IMG/VR virus record: IMGVR_UViG_2721755486_000001
Location: 130,883 to 194,882 of that record
Strand: one strand, 5' to 3'
From: a virus
Lineage: Duplodnaviria; Caudoviricetes
Length of the DNA: 64,000 nt
Shown here: piece by piece, positions 56,901-64,000 of the stretch
Numbering within the stretch: the stretch's first letter is position 1
Layout: every line of letters starts with the position of its first letter
Notes under the pieces: generated by a model
Told to the model about the DNA's origin: nothing
The model's input: only the letters and a program-made list of their open reading frames with translations
Databases searched by the model: none
Program-made: the position numbers and the translations under genes

Positions 56901-58723
56901 CGCCCACGCCCTATGTGATGCGGTTGTCCGGCACGCCTGGTGGCACGACGTCGGTGTTCTCGCATGCCAAGCCTCACAGCGTGGCCGGTGCGGACCAGGA
57001 CGGCGTGGCGGTGGTGCCCGGCGAGCAGTATGCCGGGCGCATTGCGCTCGCGCGTTCGGCGGATGCGGTGGGGGCGAGCATGTATGTCTTCTGCCACTAC
57101 CGCAAGAAGGACGGCAGCTCTGACAACCGATCGGGTGTGCTGGCGATCGCTGGCGGCGTTGCTGGCTTGCCGACGGCGTGGACGGACTACGACTTTCGGT
57201 GGACGGTGCCGGCGGACGCCACGCGCGCGTATCTCTATATCTACGCCGCTGGCGGCTTCACCAGGGGCACGGTCGGTGTCGCCCGGGTCCGCCTGGCGCG
57301 GGTGTCGGATGGCACGCTGATCGCGGACGGCGCCATCACGACGCAGAAGTTGACCGCTGCCGCGGTGACGGCCGACAAGCTGGCAGTGAATAGCGTGTCT
57401 GCGGACAAGATCGTCGCCGGCGCGATCACGGGAGACAAGATCGCGGCAAGTTCGATCACTGGCGCCAAGATCGCGGCTGGCCAGATCGGCGCTGACCACC
57501 TGATGGTGGGCCAGTCATCGAACCTGCTGGTGAACCCGGGCCTCGAGGGCGACTGGTATGGATGGGACGAGTTCACGCCGATCCAGGGAAGCCACAGCCT
57601 CCGAGTGCCGCCGGATGCGTGGGCGCTGGACTACACGACCAACAAGACGGCAGCGTTCCACAACCCTGGCCAGGGGAACGCAAACACGGTCACGACGCAG
57701 CGACATCAGCAGGTCGCCATCGAGGGTGGGAGGACCTATATGGTTTCCGCCTACTTTGGTGTGCATCGCTGCAAGTCGGATGTGAGGCTGGAGTTCTACA
57801 ACGCGAGCGGCGCGTTCCTGGGCGAAGGGGAGGGCATCGCCGGCGATCCGGTCAACGACCAGGAGGGATCCGGCGGGAGGCAGCTGAGCGGCTACAAGCG
57901 CGTGTGGAAGCGCGGCAGAGCGCCGGCAGGCGCCGTGCGCGCAGCGGTGTGCTTCCGCAAGTTTGGCACCAAGCCGGGGCAGAGCGATTCGTGGCTGTTC
58001 ATGGTGCGCCCCTACTTCGGCGAGGTACAGCCAAACCAGACCATTATCCCGGCCTGGGATGCCGCCGGCGCGACGACGATCGGGCCGGGCAGCATCAAGA
58101 CGGATTCGCTATCCGCGATTTCCGCCAACCTCGGCTATATCTCGGCAGGGCAGCTCGATCTGGCGGGCCCAGGCAACTTCCTCCGCAGCAACAAGAAGGG
58201 CTGGGGCGACGGCAGGGCTGGCTTCGTCTCCTATGGAGATGGCACGGGCTCAACCTACATGGATGTCGTTGGCGGCAACTCGCGCATCTGGCTATCGAGC
58301 TGGGGCGACTGTGGCATCTCGTTCCCCAACTTCCGCGCCGACAATGCCGGCAACCTCTACTGCCGCGGTGACATCCAGGCGAACAGCCTGACCGCGAACG
58401 TGGTCAACACGCCGAACATGGTCAACCGATCGGTCAGTGAGCTTGCCTACGCAGGCGGCACCATGACCTCCGGCAATGCTCTCTGGTTCGGGCTGAGCTA
58501 CGACAGCCTGGTGCTCTTTGGCTGCGGTGGCACGATCGGCGGGATTGGGCTGTACAACTCGGGGGGCGGCCTCATTGTCAGGACCCGGGGACCATCGCTG
58601 GGCGGCCTGGAGCCTCCCAAGTCGGCGGTCTGCGCTGCCTCGCTTGGGCCGGGTTCCTATTTCGTTCGCCCCATGAACGGCGGAGAGTCCGAGAACACCT
58701 TCATCATTGCACTGAAGAGGTAA
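47963..58723 (+). CDS. Giant tail tip / central fibre protein (~3586 aa) with repeated modules
   Basis: N-terminal tail-tip domain and FnIII-like region; 105-aa repeats; 10-aa AGAVTAxKIA repeats; duplicated globular domains. Confidence 0.9.
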   Translation: MSSLFGSSKVSDNAPVVSSLRMQTSCNGKPIPLLYGMPRVAVNVIQHEDFQAHAHQEQAAGGKGGSAPSTTSWSYTATVLLAMGQGEILGVRRIWKGKEISDASRLGLDVYTGANGQKPFPHIAGKFPARALSYPGIAYLAAAAYPLGGGGQLDNHNAEVETPRRISAALPDCDPSEVIRDLVTSPTHGLRMPASALGDLAPFWAFCRANGLWVSPAYTDQRPAKEMLQQLIDIGFSDAVYSENRLKIVPYSDVAAAGNGAEYTPSRAPVYELTEDDFITSGAEPPVRVFRKHGTEAHNHAQVKFFDRARDYNEDVAEFKDAADIDLRGLRTMPVVEAREIADRRAAERLANFKVRRSIGVRNTYKFVLPWKYVLLEATDIVLLTLPSHQFHQVPVMITAIEEADEGESDAGGLYIEAEDYALKATAVAQVPPATPGGFVPDFSVAPGNANVPVLFEPPFALTDNRPELWLATAGGENWGGADVWVSLDNASYKRVGRIECPSRHGSLAAALPAGAVIDSAHLLAVDMTASRGQLLSGTRDDAESLVTLCYVDGEYLAYADATLTGVNTYNLGYLVRGAHGSDNTAHAAGTPFVRLDGNVFRYPYPKEWLGKTVWVKLVSHNRYGSGAQDLSRVPAYARVLQGAPLPAVRGLRFEQPWIGRDAKLAWEPLDGADSYDVQVQAGAPVSVRRESLRLEATRFVYGAADMRADGGPWRSVVFRVRGRASTGRTGPWSQLLASNQQVGPLTGIKLEGGMRSAYFRCARPDDGDFAGIVVWMGETPDFAASAVTQVYDGQDTFVTLTKLASGVSLQGGKTYYVRAAGYDDFGKDSLSISAAIAVDVVGVAPDAGSITDQMIQDGVLDVGKFAQGIEPIGLVDVLPNPVGYGGRPAVVLLKQDGKLYRFVGGAWKRDVDGGDLAPGTVDGTRFASGIEPVGVVASLPPVAGYKGPKVILNTTDGKTYRLVGGAWKKDIDAADIAGQLKGEQIGAGAVDQTKFADGIRPPVIVTALPAMPNAAFPKGATVVLTTDSRLYVSSGNAWSGKVPAVEVTGQLADAQIAQINAAKVAGKLTDAQIAEIDAAKITGKVVAAQIADGAIDQTKFASGIRPPVVVSVLPTLPNAAFPKGATVTLTTDSRLYVSGGNAWNGKVPAVDVTGQLADAQIAQINAAKVAGKLTDAQIAEIDAAKISGKVVAAQIADGAIDQAKFASGIRPPVVVSALPPLPNAAFPKGATVVLTADSRLYVSGGNAWSGKVPASEVTGQLADAQIAQINAAKVAGKLTDAQIAEIDAAKISGKVVAAQIADGAIDQAKFASGIRPPVVVSTLPPLPNAAFPKGATVVLTTDSRLYVSGGNAWSGKVPAAEVTGQLADAQIAQINAAKVAGKLTDAQIAEIDAAKIAGKVAGSQIADGAIDQTKFASGIRPPVIVTALPTMPNAAFPQGATVVLKADNKLYRSTGAGWTASIPTSDLAGTIADAQLAGISAGKVTGKLSDSQLDAIAAAKITGTIGSTQIADGAISTPKLAAGSVTAAQIAADAITARHVAAGTMTATELAAGAVTTAKLAAGAVTANALAAGAVTAGKVAADAISAANLQANAVTAGKIAAGAVAAEQIAAGALSIGKFGSDRWSLQKAFATDCSDAQPWAKVAGDGSLVAQADTTALTGASVLRAAGYVVLEWKENIPFDPAKLYKLSARVRQAADPTNAKKAIFIGFCGIAANGVTRVNYAGQNAISSQHYIVAANASLAVDEGWREFVGYLRGSAAAGIASPRPNANDPAVAHASVRFMRPILYLNYAGGDGVADLDSFQIDIVEIPDNSVGSTSIVDGAITTGKLTAGAVTAEKIAAGSVSAEKIAAGAVTAGKIDAGAVTARELATGSVVAGKIAAGTVSATELAAGAVTAGKIAAGAVTADSLAANAVVAGKISAGAVGAAEIAAGAVTTDKLVVGNFSNQIPNGDFASGDLRNWTRWAGPVDVVPASDASVPANAPTPYVMRLSATAGGTTSVFSHAKPYSVAGAEQDGVAVVPGEQYAGRIALARSADAVGATMRVLFYYRKRDGSYNNNSGALAIAGGIAGLPTSWTEYDFRWTVPADATRAYLYIYASGGFTKGTIGVAQVRVARVSDGTLIADGAITTGKLTAGAVTAEKIAAGSVSAEKIAAGAVAAGKIEAGAVAARELAAGAVVAGKIAAGAVTTTELAAGAVAAGKIAAGAVTAESLAANAVVAGKISAGAVGAAEIAAGAVTTTKLSAGAVTAEKIAAASVSAEKITAGAVSAEKIAAGAVTAEKIAAGAVTAESLAANAVVAGKIAAGAVGAAEIAAGAVTTDKLVVGNFSNLIPNGDFASGDLRNWTRWAGPVDVVPASDPSVPANAPTPYVMRLSATAGGTTSVFSHAKPYSMAGADQDGVAVVPGEQYAGRVSLARSADAVGATMYVMFFYRKRDGSHNNGSGALAIAGGVSGLPTAWKEYDFRWTVPADATRAYLYVYATGGFTKGTIGVAQVRLTRVSDGTLIADGAITTGKLIAGAVTAEKIAAGSVSAEKIAAGAVTAGKIDAGAVAARELAAGAVVAGKIAAGAVTTTELAAGAVTAGKIAAGAVTADSLAANAVVAGKIAAGAVGASQISAGAISAEKLQAGAVSADKLLAGAVTAGKLAAGSVSADNLQANAVTAGKIAAGAVAAEQIAAGALTIGKFGSDRWSLQKAFATDCSDAQQWAKVAGAGSLVAQEDATALTGAGVLRATGFVVMEWKENIPFDPAKLYKLTARVRQVVEPSNAKKGIYIGFCGVAANGVTRVNCAGIDTASSQHYIVAANASLAVDEGWREFVGYLRGSAAAGTPSPRPNANDPAVAHASVRFMRPILYLNYTGGDGVADLDSFQIDIVEIPDNSVGSTSIVDGAITTGKIAANAVTAGKVAANAITAGTIAAGAVGAAEIAAGAITTDKLVVGNFSNQIPNGDFETGDLRNWTRWAGQVDVVAASDASVPANAPTPYVMRLSGTPGGTTSVFSHAKPHSVAGADQDGVAVVPGEQYAGRIALARSADAVGASMYVFCHYRKKDGSSDNRSGVLAIAGGVAGLPTAWTDYDFRWTVPADATRAYLYIYAAGGFTRGTVGVARVRLARVSDGTLIADGAITTQKLTAAAVTADKLAVNSVSADKIVAGAITGDKIAASSITGAKIAAGQIGADHLMVGQSSNLLVNPGLEGDWYGWDEFTPIQGSHSLRVPPDAWALDYTTNKTAAFHNPGQGNANTVTTQRHQQVAIEGGRTYMVSAYFGVHRCKSDVRLEFYNASGAFLGEGEGIAGDPVNDQEGSGGRQLSGYKRVWKRGRAPAGAVRAAVCFRKFGTKPGQSDSWLFMVRPYFGEVQPNQTIIPAWDAAGATTIGPGSIKTDSLSAISANLGYISAGQLDLAGPGNFLRSNKKGWGDGRAGFVSYGDGTGSTYMDVVGGNSRIWLSSWGDCGISFPNFRADNAGNLYCRGDIQANSLTANVVNTPNMVNRSVSELAYAGGTMTSGNALWFGLSYDSLVLFGCGGTIGGIGLYNSGGGLIVRTRGPSLGGLEPPKSAVCAASLGPGSYFVRPMNGGESENTFIIALKR
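50956..52330 (+). repeat. 315-bp in-frame tandem repeat (4 full + 1 partial)
   Basis: cgg(c/g)atccggccgccgg recurs at 50956, 51271, 51586, 51901, 52216. Confidence 0.9.
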
Positions 58724-58726
58724 GCC

Positions 58727-59101
58727 ATGGAGCAGGATCTGGCGAGGAGCTACTCCTCCTATGACGAGCACGGCCGCATCGCACCGATCAAGTGGCAACT
58801 GCAGCCGTCCATCGTGTGCATGCTCACGGAAACGCAGGGGCATCGCTACGTGGAGGGACACCACGATCCGGACGAGTCTCACATTCAGGAGGGGGCGGTG
58901 GTGGCCCGGCCGGCGAATCCCGCGAGGCTGGATGGCACCATCCTGAGGGATCTGCCCCGTCCCTGCACCATCATCATCGATGGCACACGCTATGACTGTC
59001 AGGACGACACGGCGGAGCTGGACTTTGCCTATCCCAAGACCTACCAGGTCCGCGTCGAGGCATTTCCGTTCAGGGATGCAAGCTTTGAGGTGTTCGCATG
59101 A
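58727..59101 (+). CDS. Tail fibre accessory/hypothetical protein
   Basis: Directly follows the fibre gene. Confidence 0.7.
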   Translation: MEQDLARSYSSYDEHGRIAPIKWQLQPSIVCMLTETQGHRYVEGHHDPDESHIQEGAVVARPANPARLDGTILRDLPRPCTIIIDGTRYDCQDDTAELDFAYPKTYQVRVEAFPFRDASFEVFA

Positions 59102-59274
59102 AGATCCACCACCGCCCCGACTATGCTCAGCTGCGAAAGGATGCCTACCCGCCGATCGAGGAGCAGCTCGACGCGCTGTGGCACGCCATGGACCGGGGCG
59201 AACTGCCGAAGGTCGAGGCCTTCTATGAGCCCATCCGGGCCGTCAAGGTGAGCTACCCGAAGTCAGCTCGCTAA
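59098..59274 (+). CDS. Small phage protein
   Basis: YAQLRKDAYPPIEEQLDALWH; ATGA overlap. Confidence 0.7.
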   Translation: MKIHHRPDYAQLRKDAYPPIEEQLDALWHAMDRGELPKVEAFYEPIRAVKVSYPKSAR

Positions 59275-59359
59275 CCTGGCCATCCATTTTTGCGGCCGCC
59301 CTCGGGCGGCCTTTTCTTTGCCCGCCGCCGAGCGGGCTTTTTCTTTTCAAGGAGCAAAC

Positions 59360-59680
59360 ATGCCGCTGAAGAAAGCCATCGAATCGCCCGCCACTGGCGC
59401 GGATGCCAACTTCCACATCATCACGAGCTACAGCGTCGACCTGGATAGCGGCTACAGCGCCGCTGCCGTGAGCAGCTATCACAGCCAGGCCGCCCAGGCT
59501 GCCGGCAAGCAGCCGATGCACACCTGGCACATCACCCTCAGCGGCGTGCCGCCGCAGGACAAACCGGCGCTGGCCTGGCTGGAGGCAGAACTTGCGCATG
59601 CGGAGATCCCGCCGGCGGACGATCCGTCGCTCTCGCTGAGTCCCGAGCGGTGGGCCTTCGCTGGTGCGGAGCGCATCTAG
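59360..59680 (+). CDS. Phage hypothetical protein
   Basis: AAGGAG RBS; MPLKKAIESPATG. Confidence 0.7.
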   Translation: MPLKKAIESPATGADANFHIITSYSVDLDSGYSAAAVSSYHSQAAQAAGKQPMHTWHITLSGVPPQDKPALAWLEAELAHAEIPPADDPSLSLSPERWAFAGAERI

Positions 59681-59824
59681 CGCCACGGGGGCGCTTGGTA
59701 AGGGGGGGCAGCCGTTGTCTGGTCAGCCAAGACTCTCAGCTGCCTCCCGCCCGCAGACGCAAGCCGCCTGCAGGCAGCAATTTCGTGCCCGCCGCCCGGC
59801 GGGCTTTCCTTTTCCGGGGTCCAT

Positions 59825-60043
59825 ATGCGACAAACCAATCCCGTCGAGGTCACCAGCTACGCCGGCGCCATAGCGTCCATTGTCTCGTCGCTGACGCTGA
59901 CCGACGTCGGAATCATCTTCGGCATCGTCACGGCGTTGCTGACATTCACGCTCAATGCTTGGTACACGCGGCGCAAGGATCGCCGCGAAGCCGAGGAGCA
60001 CCGCGCACGCATGCGCCAGCACGAAGGGGGCTGCCATGAATAG
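59825..60043 (+). CDS. Holin
   Basis: 72 aa, hydrophobic segment, basic C-terminus, precedes lysozyme. Confidence 0.8.
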   Translation: MRQTNPVEVTSYAGAIASIVSSLTLTDVGIIFGIVTALLTFTLNAWYTRRKDRREAEEHRARMRQHEGGCHE

Positions 60044-60542
60044 GCAACGCGTCGCGGCCGGGCTGCTCGCGGTGTCCGCCGCCGGCTTCGCGGCCTGGAC
60101 AGCATCCGAAGGCTTCACCGACCGCGCGGTGATTCCAACGAAAGGCGACGTTCCGACCATCGGCCACGGATCGACGCGCTATGAAGACGGCCGGCCGGTC
60201 CAGCTCGGCGACACGATCACGCGCGAGCGCGCGGCCATCCTGGCGCGCAACCTGATGACAGTTGATGAGCGGCGCCTCGCAGGCAGCCTGCCAGGCGTAC
60301 GGCTCTATCAGGAGGAGTTCGATCTCTACGTCGACTTCGTGGGCCAGTTCGGCTTCGGCAACTGGTCAGGATCGTCCATGCGCCGGCTGCTGCTGGCGGG
60401 GGACTACGCGGGCGCGTGCCGGGCGCTGCTGCGCTACAAGTACGCGGCGGGCTATGACTGCTCGACGCCAGGCAACAAGCGCTGCTACGGCGTCTGGACG
60501 CGCCAGCTTGCGCGCCACGCGAAATGCATGGAGGTGCAGTGA
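60036..60542 (+). CDS. Endolysin (GH24 lysozyme, SAR-type)
   Basis: Hydrophobic N-terminus; EG...D.PTIGHGST catalytic motif. Confidence 0.9.
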   Translation: MNRQRVAAGLLAVSAAGFAAWTASEGFTDRAVIPTKGDVPTIGHGSTRYEDGRPVQLGDTITRERAAILARNLMTVDERRLAGSLPGVRLYQEEFDLYVDFVGQFGFGNWSGSSMRRLLLAGDYAGACRALLRYKYAAGYDCSTPGNKRCYGVWTRQLARHAKCMEVQ

Positions 60543-60943
60543 TGGCAGGAAATACGAGCGCGCGAGGCTACCTCGCGGTGGCCGCCGCCGGTGTCGTGCT
60601 GGGTGCGATGGCGGCGGCCGGGTGGTACGGGCCGCAACTCGGCGCCGCCAACCAGGCCAAGGCGGCGGCGGTGGAGCGGGCCGGCCAGTTGCAGGGCGCC
60701 AATGAGCGGTGCGCCGGGGACGTCGATCGCGCCAACGGTGCAGTCGCGGCGCTGCGTAGGGAGGCTGAGGAGCGGGCGCGACATGCCGCATCGGAGGTGG
60801 CCGCCGCGGCCGGGCGGGCGCGCATGGCGGAGGCGAGGGCGGCCGACCTTGCGCGTCGGCCGCCGGCAAAGCCGGACGACTTGTGCGGCTCGCTGGACGA
60901 GCTGCTGACCCAGGCGATCAACGAACGGAGGGACGGGCGATGA
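60542..60943 (+). CDS. Inner-membrane spanin (Rz-like)
   Basis: N-terminal TM segment plus coiled coil, after endolysin. Confidence 0.7.
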   Translation: MAGNTSARGYLAVAAAGVVLGAMAAAGWYGPQLGAANQAKAAAVERAGQLQGANERCAGDVDRANGAVAALRREAEERARHAASEVAAAAGRARMAEARAADLARRPPAKPDDLCGSLDELLTQAINERRDGR

Positions 60944-61218
60944 GGGGACGCTGGAATATTCCCGGAATATTTTGCGGTGTGCTTTGCGGTTTGGCGGGCT
61001 GCGCCAGCGTCCCTCAGGCCATCACGCAGACGCGGCCGGTAGAGGTGCCGGTGGCCGTGCCATGCCGCGTAGCGAAGCTCGAGCGCCCCGCCTGGGCGCT
61101 CGACCTGGTCGACCCGACCGCCGACGTGTACACGAAGGGCCGGGCAGCGCTGGTTGAGCTCGAGCAGCGTAAGGCCTTCGAAGAGAAGCAGGCGGCGGCG
61201 ATCGCCGCCTGCCAGTAG
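60940..61218 (+). CDS. Outer-membrane spanin lipoprotein (Rz1-like)
   Basis: Lipobox LAGC; VEVPVAVPC. Confidence 0.75.
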   Translation: MRGRWNIPGIFCGVLCGLAGCASVPQAITQTRPVEVPVAVPCRVAKLERPAWALDLVDPTADVYTKGRAALVELEQRKAFEEKQAAAIAACQ

Positions 61219-62005
61219 TCTCAACTATTGAAATGACCGCGACAGGTTTCGCCATGCCAGCGGTCAATTTGCCTAGGATCCCAAGGAGGATTCAGCGCAA
61301 TCAATACTCGTCGATGCGGTGCTCCGGAAATATGCGTTCGATTTCGCAATAAAGAGCGGAGCAGGGTAGTGGCATAGACAAGTGTCTTGAGTGGTGTGTG
61401 GCTATTTATTATGTATGCGTCGATGGACGTGAACGGACTGGCGTTGGCTGGCCAATCCCTCTAAAGCGGACCTACATGTTGTCGAACAGCCGGCGACGGG
61501 CATGTCATCAGGGTGGCAGGTGGCGAAAGCTGTCGACGCTTAAGCGAAGAGCTAGGCGCACCAGGTCAGACTCGAGCAAGAAGTAGGCGGCGTCAGTCTC
61601 CATCTGCCAGCAGTAGTGACTGAGCGGTTCACAACTCTTGTCGAATGAAGAGTTCGTAACTTCTTCTGAAAAATCTAACTTTCCCCTACGGAAGTAGGGG
61701 CGATGTTTGGTTGTTGATGGTATATATCTCATTCGAAGGAATTAACGGATCATCCTGGTTCGATGAACATTTTTAATGCGTGGGTTGCATTTTTGGGTAT
61801 CGAATAAGTCGATGATATTTTGGGGCGAGAACCTAGATCTTCGGAAGGGGCGAGGGGCTGACTGAGGCCTCGGTGAAGAGTCTCGGGGGCTGTGTCTCAA
61901 GCGGTATTTTAATCATTCTATTTTGCGTTCTGTTGGTGTCTGGTGGCGATGTGGTGGAGTTAATCTTGACGAAATTTTAATGATTTATTCTAAGGGAGTA
62001 GGGCT

Positions 62006-62275
62006 ATGGGAAATGATATTAAATTCGTCATAACTCAGGAACAATTGGCTACCCTTTCGGAGCAGATAAGGAATAACGTGACTGATGCCCACATGTTGGC
62101 GGGTGGTCCGGGAGGGGAGTTCTGCAAGGTATGGCCGGCAGCTAGCGAGGGGTTGACGGCGTTGAAAGGAATCCTTGAATTGGTACCTGGTGTAAGTGCG
62201 CTTGCCGGCGTTGCTATTGGAATCGCACTGGCGGCGGGAAATGCTGCCTCAAGCGCAGTTTGTTCTAAATCCTGA
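62006..62275 (+). CDS. Small hydrophobic moron protein
   Basis: GGGAG RBS; low GC; Gly/Ala-rich hydrophobic C-terminal half with two Cys. Confidence 0.65.
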   Translation: MGNDIKFVITQEQLATLSEQIRNNVTDAHMLAGGPGGEFCKVWPAASEGLTALKGILELVPGVSALAGVAIGIALAAGNAASSAVCSKS

Positions 62276-62494
62276 GGGTCGCATGGGCTCTATGGATGTA
62301 CTAACGTAGAGTTAGAACACAGGTTATTAGAGATGCGCCCCTCCTGGGCGAGCTGGAGGCAGCTGCCGGGAGGGGGGTATTAGTTGGCGGATTTTCATTT
62401 TGCTTTATTTTTGTGCTGAGCAAGATGATTTATTAATTCTCGGTGTCGAAGTCGTCTCGCATTGCTCATGAAAAACGAATAATCGAGCTAACCA

Positions 62495-63163
62495 ATGACA
62501 ATAGCCATCTCTATTCCCAATGGATCCATCGGGTTCGATCATAGTGACTCAAGGTTGACTTATAATCAGGCTCAAAGTTACGCTGCCAAGGGTTACAAAT
62601 TCTGTATTCGCTATATTCCAAACCCACTTTCCCTGGGAGAGACCGATCTAATTAAGGACGAAGCCGATGCAATCCTTGCGGCCGGCCTATGGCTAGGGGC
62701 GGTCCAGCACTGCTGCAAGGCTACCGAAACCTCCGACTTCGTCCCGTTTCCTGCGCAGGGCAGGGAGTGGGGGGCTCTCGCTGCCCTGCATGCTAGCGAG
62801 GCGGGTCTGGCAACAGGTACGACTGTTTGGCTCGATCTAGAAGGAATTAAAGAAGGCACCCCTGTGCAAGATATTTTGGGGTTCTGCAACGAGTGGTTTG
62901 CGCAAGTTACGGAGGCTGGCTTTGATTCCGGGGTCTACGTAGGATTCGACTCGGGTCTTACGGCGGAACAACTCTATTTCCAGCTAACCACCAAACACTA
63001 TTGGCGAGCGCCATCCGCAGCCCCAGACGTGGCTTATCGCGGATATCAGATTCTGCAACATTTGATTAAAGACGTTAAGGGAAATGAAATTGATGTAAAT
63101 CAAGCTCAGGTTGATCGGCTGGGATTAAGTGCTACCGTCACGTCGCTTTTACCAAGTCAGTGA
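62495..63163 (+). CDS. DUF1906 / Rv2525c-like glycoside hydrolase domain protein
   Basis: GFD...GYKFCIRY, EADAILAAGL, VWLDLEG, GVYVG. Confidence 0.75.
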   Translation: MTIAISIPNGSIGFDHSDSRLTYNQAQSYAAKGYKFCIRYIPNPLSLGETDLIKDEADAILAAGLWLGAVQHCCKATETSDFVPFPAQGREWGALAALHASEAGLATGTTVWLDLEGIKEGTPVQDILGFCNEWFAQVTEAGFDSGVYVGFDSGLTAEQLYFQLTTKHYWRAPSAAPDVAYRGYQILQHLIKDVKGNEIDVNQAQVDRLGLSATVTSLLPSQ

Positions 63164-63263
63164 TTTTTTCTCATGACGGGTCCCGGTTTGGAGTGCTCTT
63201 TTGGCCAAAGGGGGCTTATTGATTAACCTGGTTCTTTAAGTCGATCTGCGCCAGGCAATCGCG

Positions 63264-63699
63264 CTAGGTCTCGGTCTTCCAGACCGACGCCGGCAACTCG
63301 ATGCCGAAGACTTCGCGCAGCAACCGGGCCGGCACTGGGAGAAGTTCGTTCACATCGATGACACCTCCCGATAGTCCGTGCAGCACCTGGGCTGCGTCAT
63401 GCCAGTCGATCCGCCGCGGAGGCGCCGGGCTCTCCGTATCGCTTCCTGCTTGGTCTCACCGATGGACAGTACGTGCGTGGGTTGCGGCCCGAAGTCGGAT
63501 GCCGGGCGTGGGTGGCCTGGAAGCAGGCATCGCGCTTGAGCGCGGTCCGCAGGGCATGCAGATAGGGCACGATCGCGGTTTCAAGCGGAATTTCGGTGAC
63601 CAAGAGCTGGTCGCGGTGGGACGGCAGCAACATGTCGGCGACATCCTGGGCGAGGGCCGGCAGGACGCCGTGCGATCGGCCGCTACTCGTGGTCGACAT
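63264..63699 (-). pseudogene. Hypothetical gene, possibly frameshifted near 63400-63455
   Basis: ORF MSTTSSG... ends at 63397, while a second frame (IDWHDAAQVLHG...KTET*) runs on to 63264. Confidence 0.3.
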
Positions 63700-64000
63700 C
63701 GGCGTGCGCCGTGTCCGGGGTGATCGGCTCGGCCCGGTAGGCAATCCAGTAGTGGTAGTAGCTCTTGTGGTGGCGAGAGAGCTTCCGCTCGAAGAAGATC
63801 CGGACGGTGCCGAAGTTGCCGGCCTCGATCACCACCTCGGCATGCGTGCGGCTGTCATTGTCGGCAGGGCCGAGCGTCTGCCGCGCCTGGTGCACGTAGT
63901 CGCCCGGGATGTATGCCAGGACGCCGTTTTCCGGGTTGATGGTGGGGCCGCGCGAGTCGCTGTCGGACTTGTCGACCGGGCGGAGCTTGGGATTGCCCAT
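63683..64000 (-). CDS. Hypothetical protein (at window edge)
   Basis: 105-aa ORF; GTVRIFFERK...YWIAYRAE. Confidence 0.55.
   Translation of the reverse strand: MGNPKLRPVDKSDSDSRGPTINPENGVLAYIPGDYVHQARQTLGPADNDSRTHAEVVIEAGNFGTVRIFFERKLSRHHKSYYHYWIAYRAEPITPDTAHADVDHE

Larger units (their letters stand above)
18810..64000. mobile_element. Lambda-like siphoviral prophage (right boundary not seen)
   Basis: Integrase, xis, repressors, terminase, portal, capsid, tail and lysis genes in canonical order. Confidence 0.9.

Noticed and set aside
42919-57499. Long antisense ORFs (e.g. 1046, 824, 533 aa)
   Set aside because: Shadow frames of GC-rich real genes; no motifs
13278-58723. RT plus repeated tail-fibre segments as a diversity-generating retroelement
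   Set aside because: RT has retron motifs and a protease fusion and lies in a different element; no avd or noncoding TR seen, and repeat differences are not adenine-specific

Overview
GC-rich window, probably betaproteobacterial (inferred), made of two adjacent mobile elements. (1) ~1-18.8 kb is the right part of a conjugative/mobilisable island. It holds the C-terminus of a TraA-like relaxase-helicase, parA plus two tandem-RHH proteins, and a leading-region-like run of small orphan genes carrying three ~200-bp conserved upstream repeats, covarying hairpins and a dispersed GTGCC-NN-GGCAC palindrome. Its cargo is a PAAR/VRR-NUC/DUF3396 toxin-immunity cassette, a SRAP protein, a retron (RT fused to a trypsin-like protease, with a recognisable a1/a2-bounded ncRNA and an XRE HTH gene), and GIY-YIG/T5orf172 genes. 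(2) ~18.8-64 kb is a nearly complete lambda-like siphoviral prophage: integrase, a low-GC PARIS-like AriA/AriB cassette, xis, a ParB-H-NS fusion, immunity region, terminase/portal/capsid, tail, a 3,586-aa modular tail fibre, lysis genes and low-GC morons. The junction between the elements encodes a MutS-like N-terminal peptide (HTPMMQHY) flanked by two different sets of integrase arm-type repeats, which suggests tandem integration into the 5' end of mutS. A second, degenerate mutS-like site lies ~850 bp away. All family assignments come from motif recognition by eye; no searches were run.
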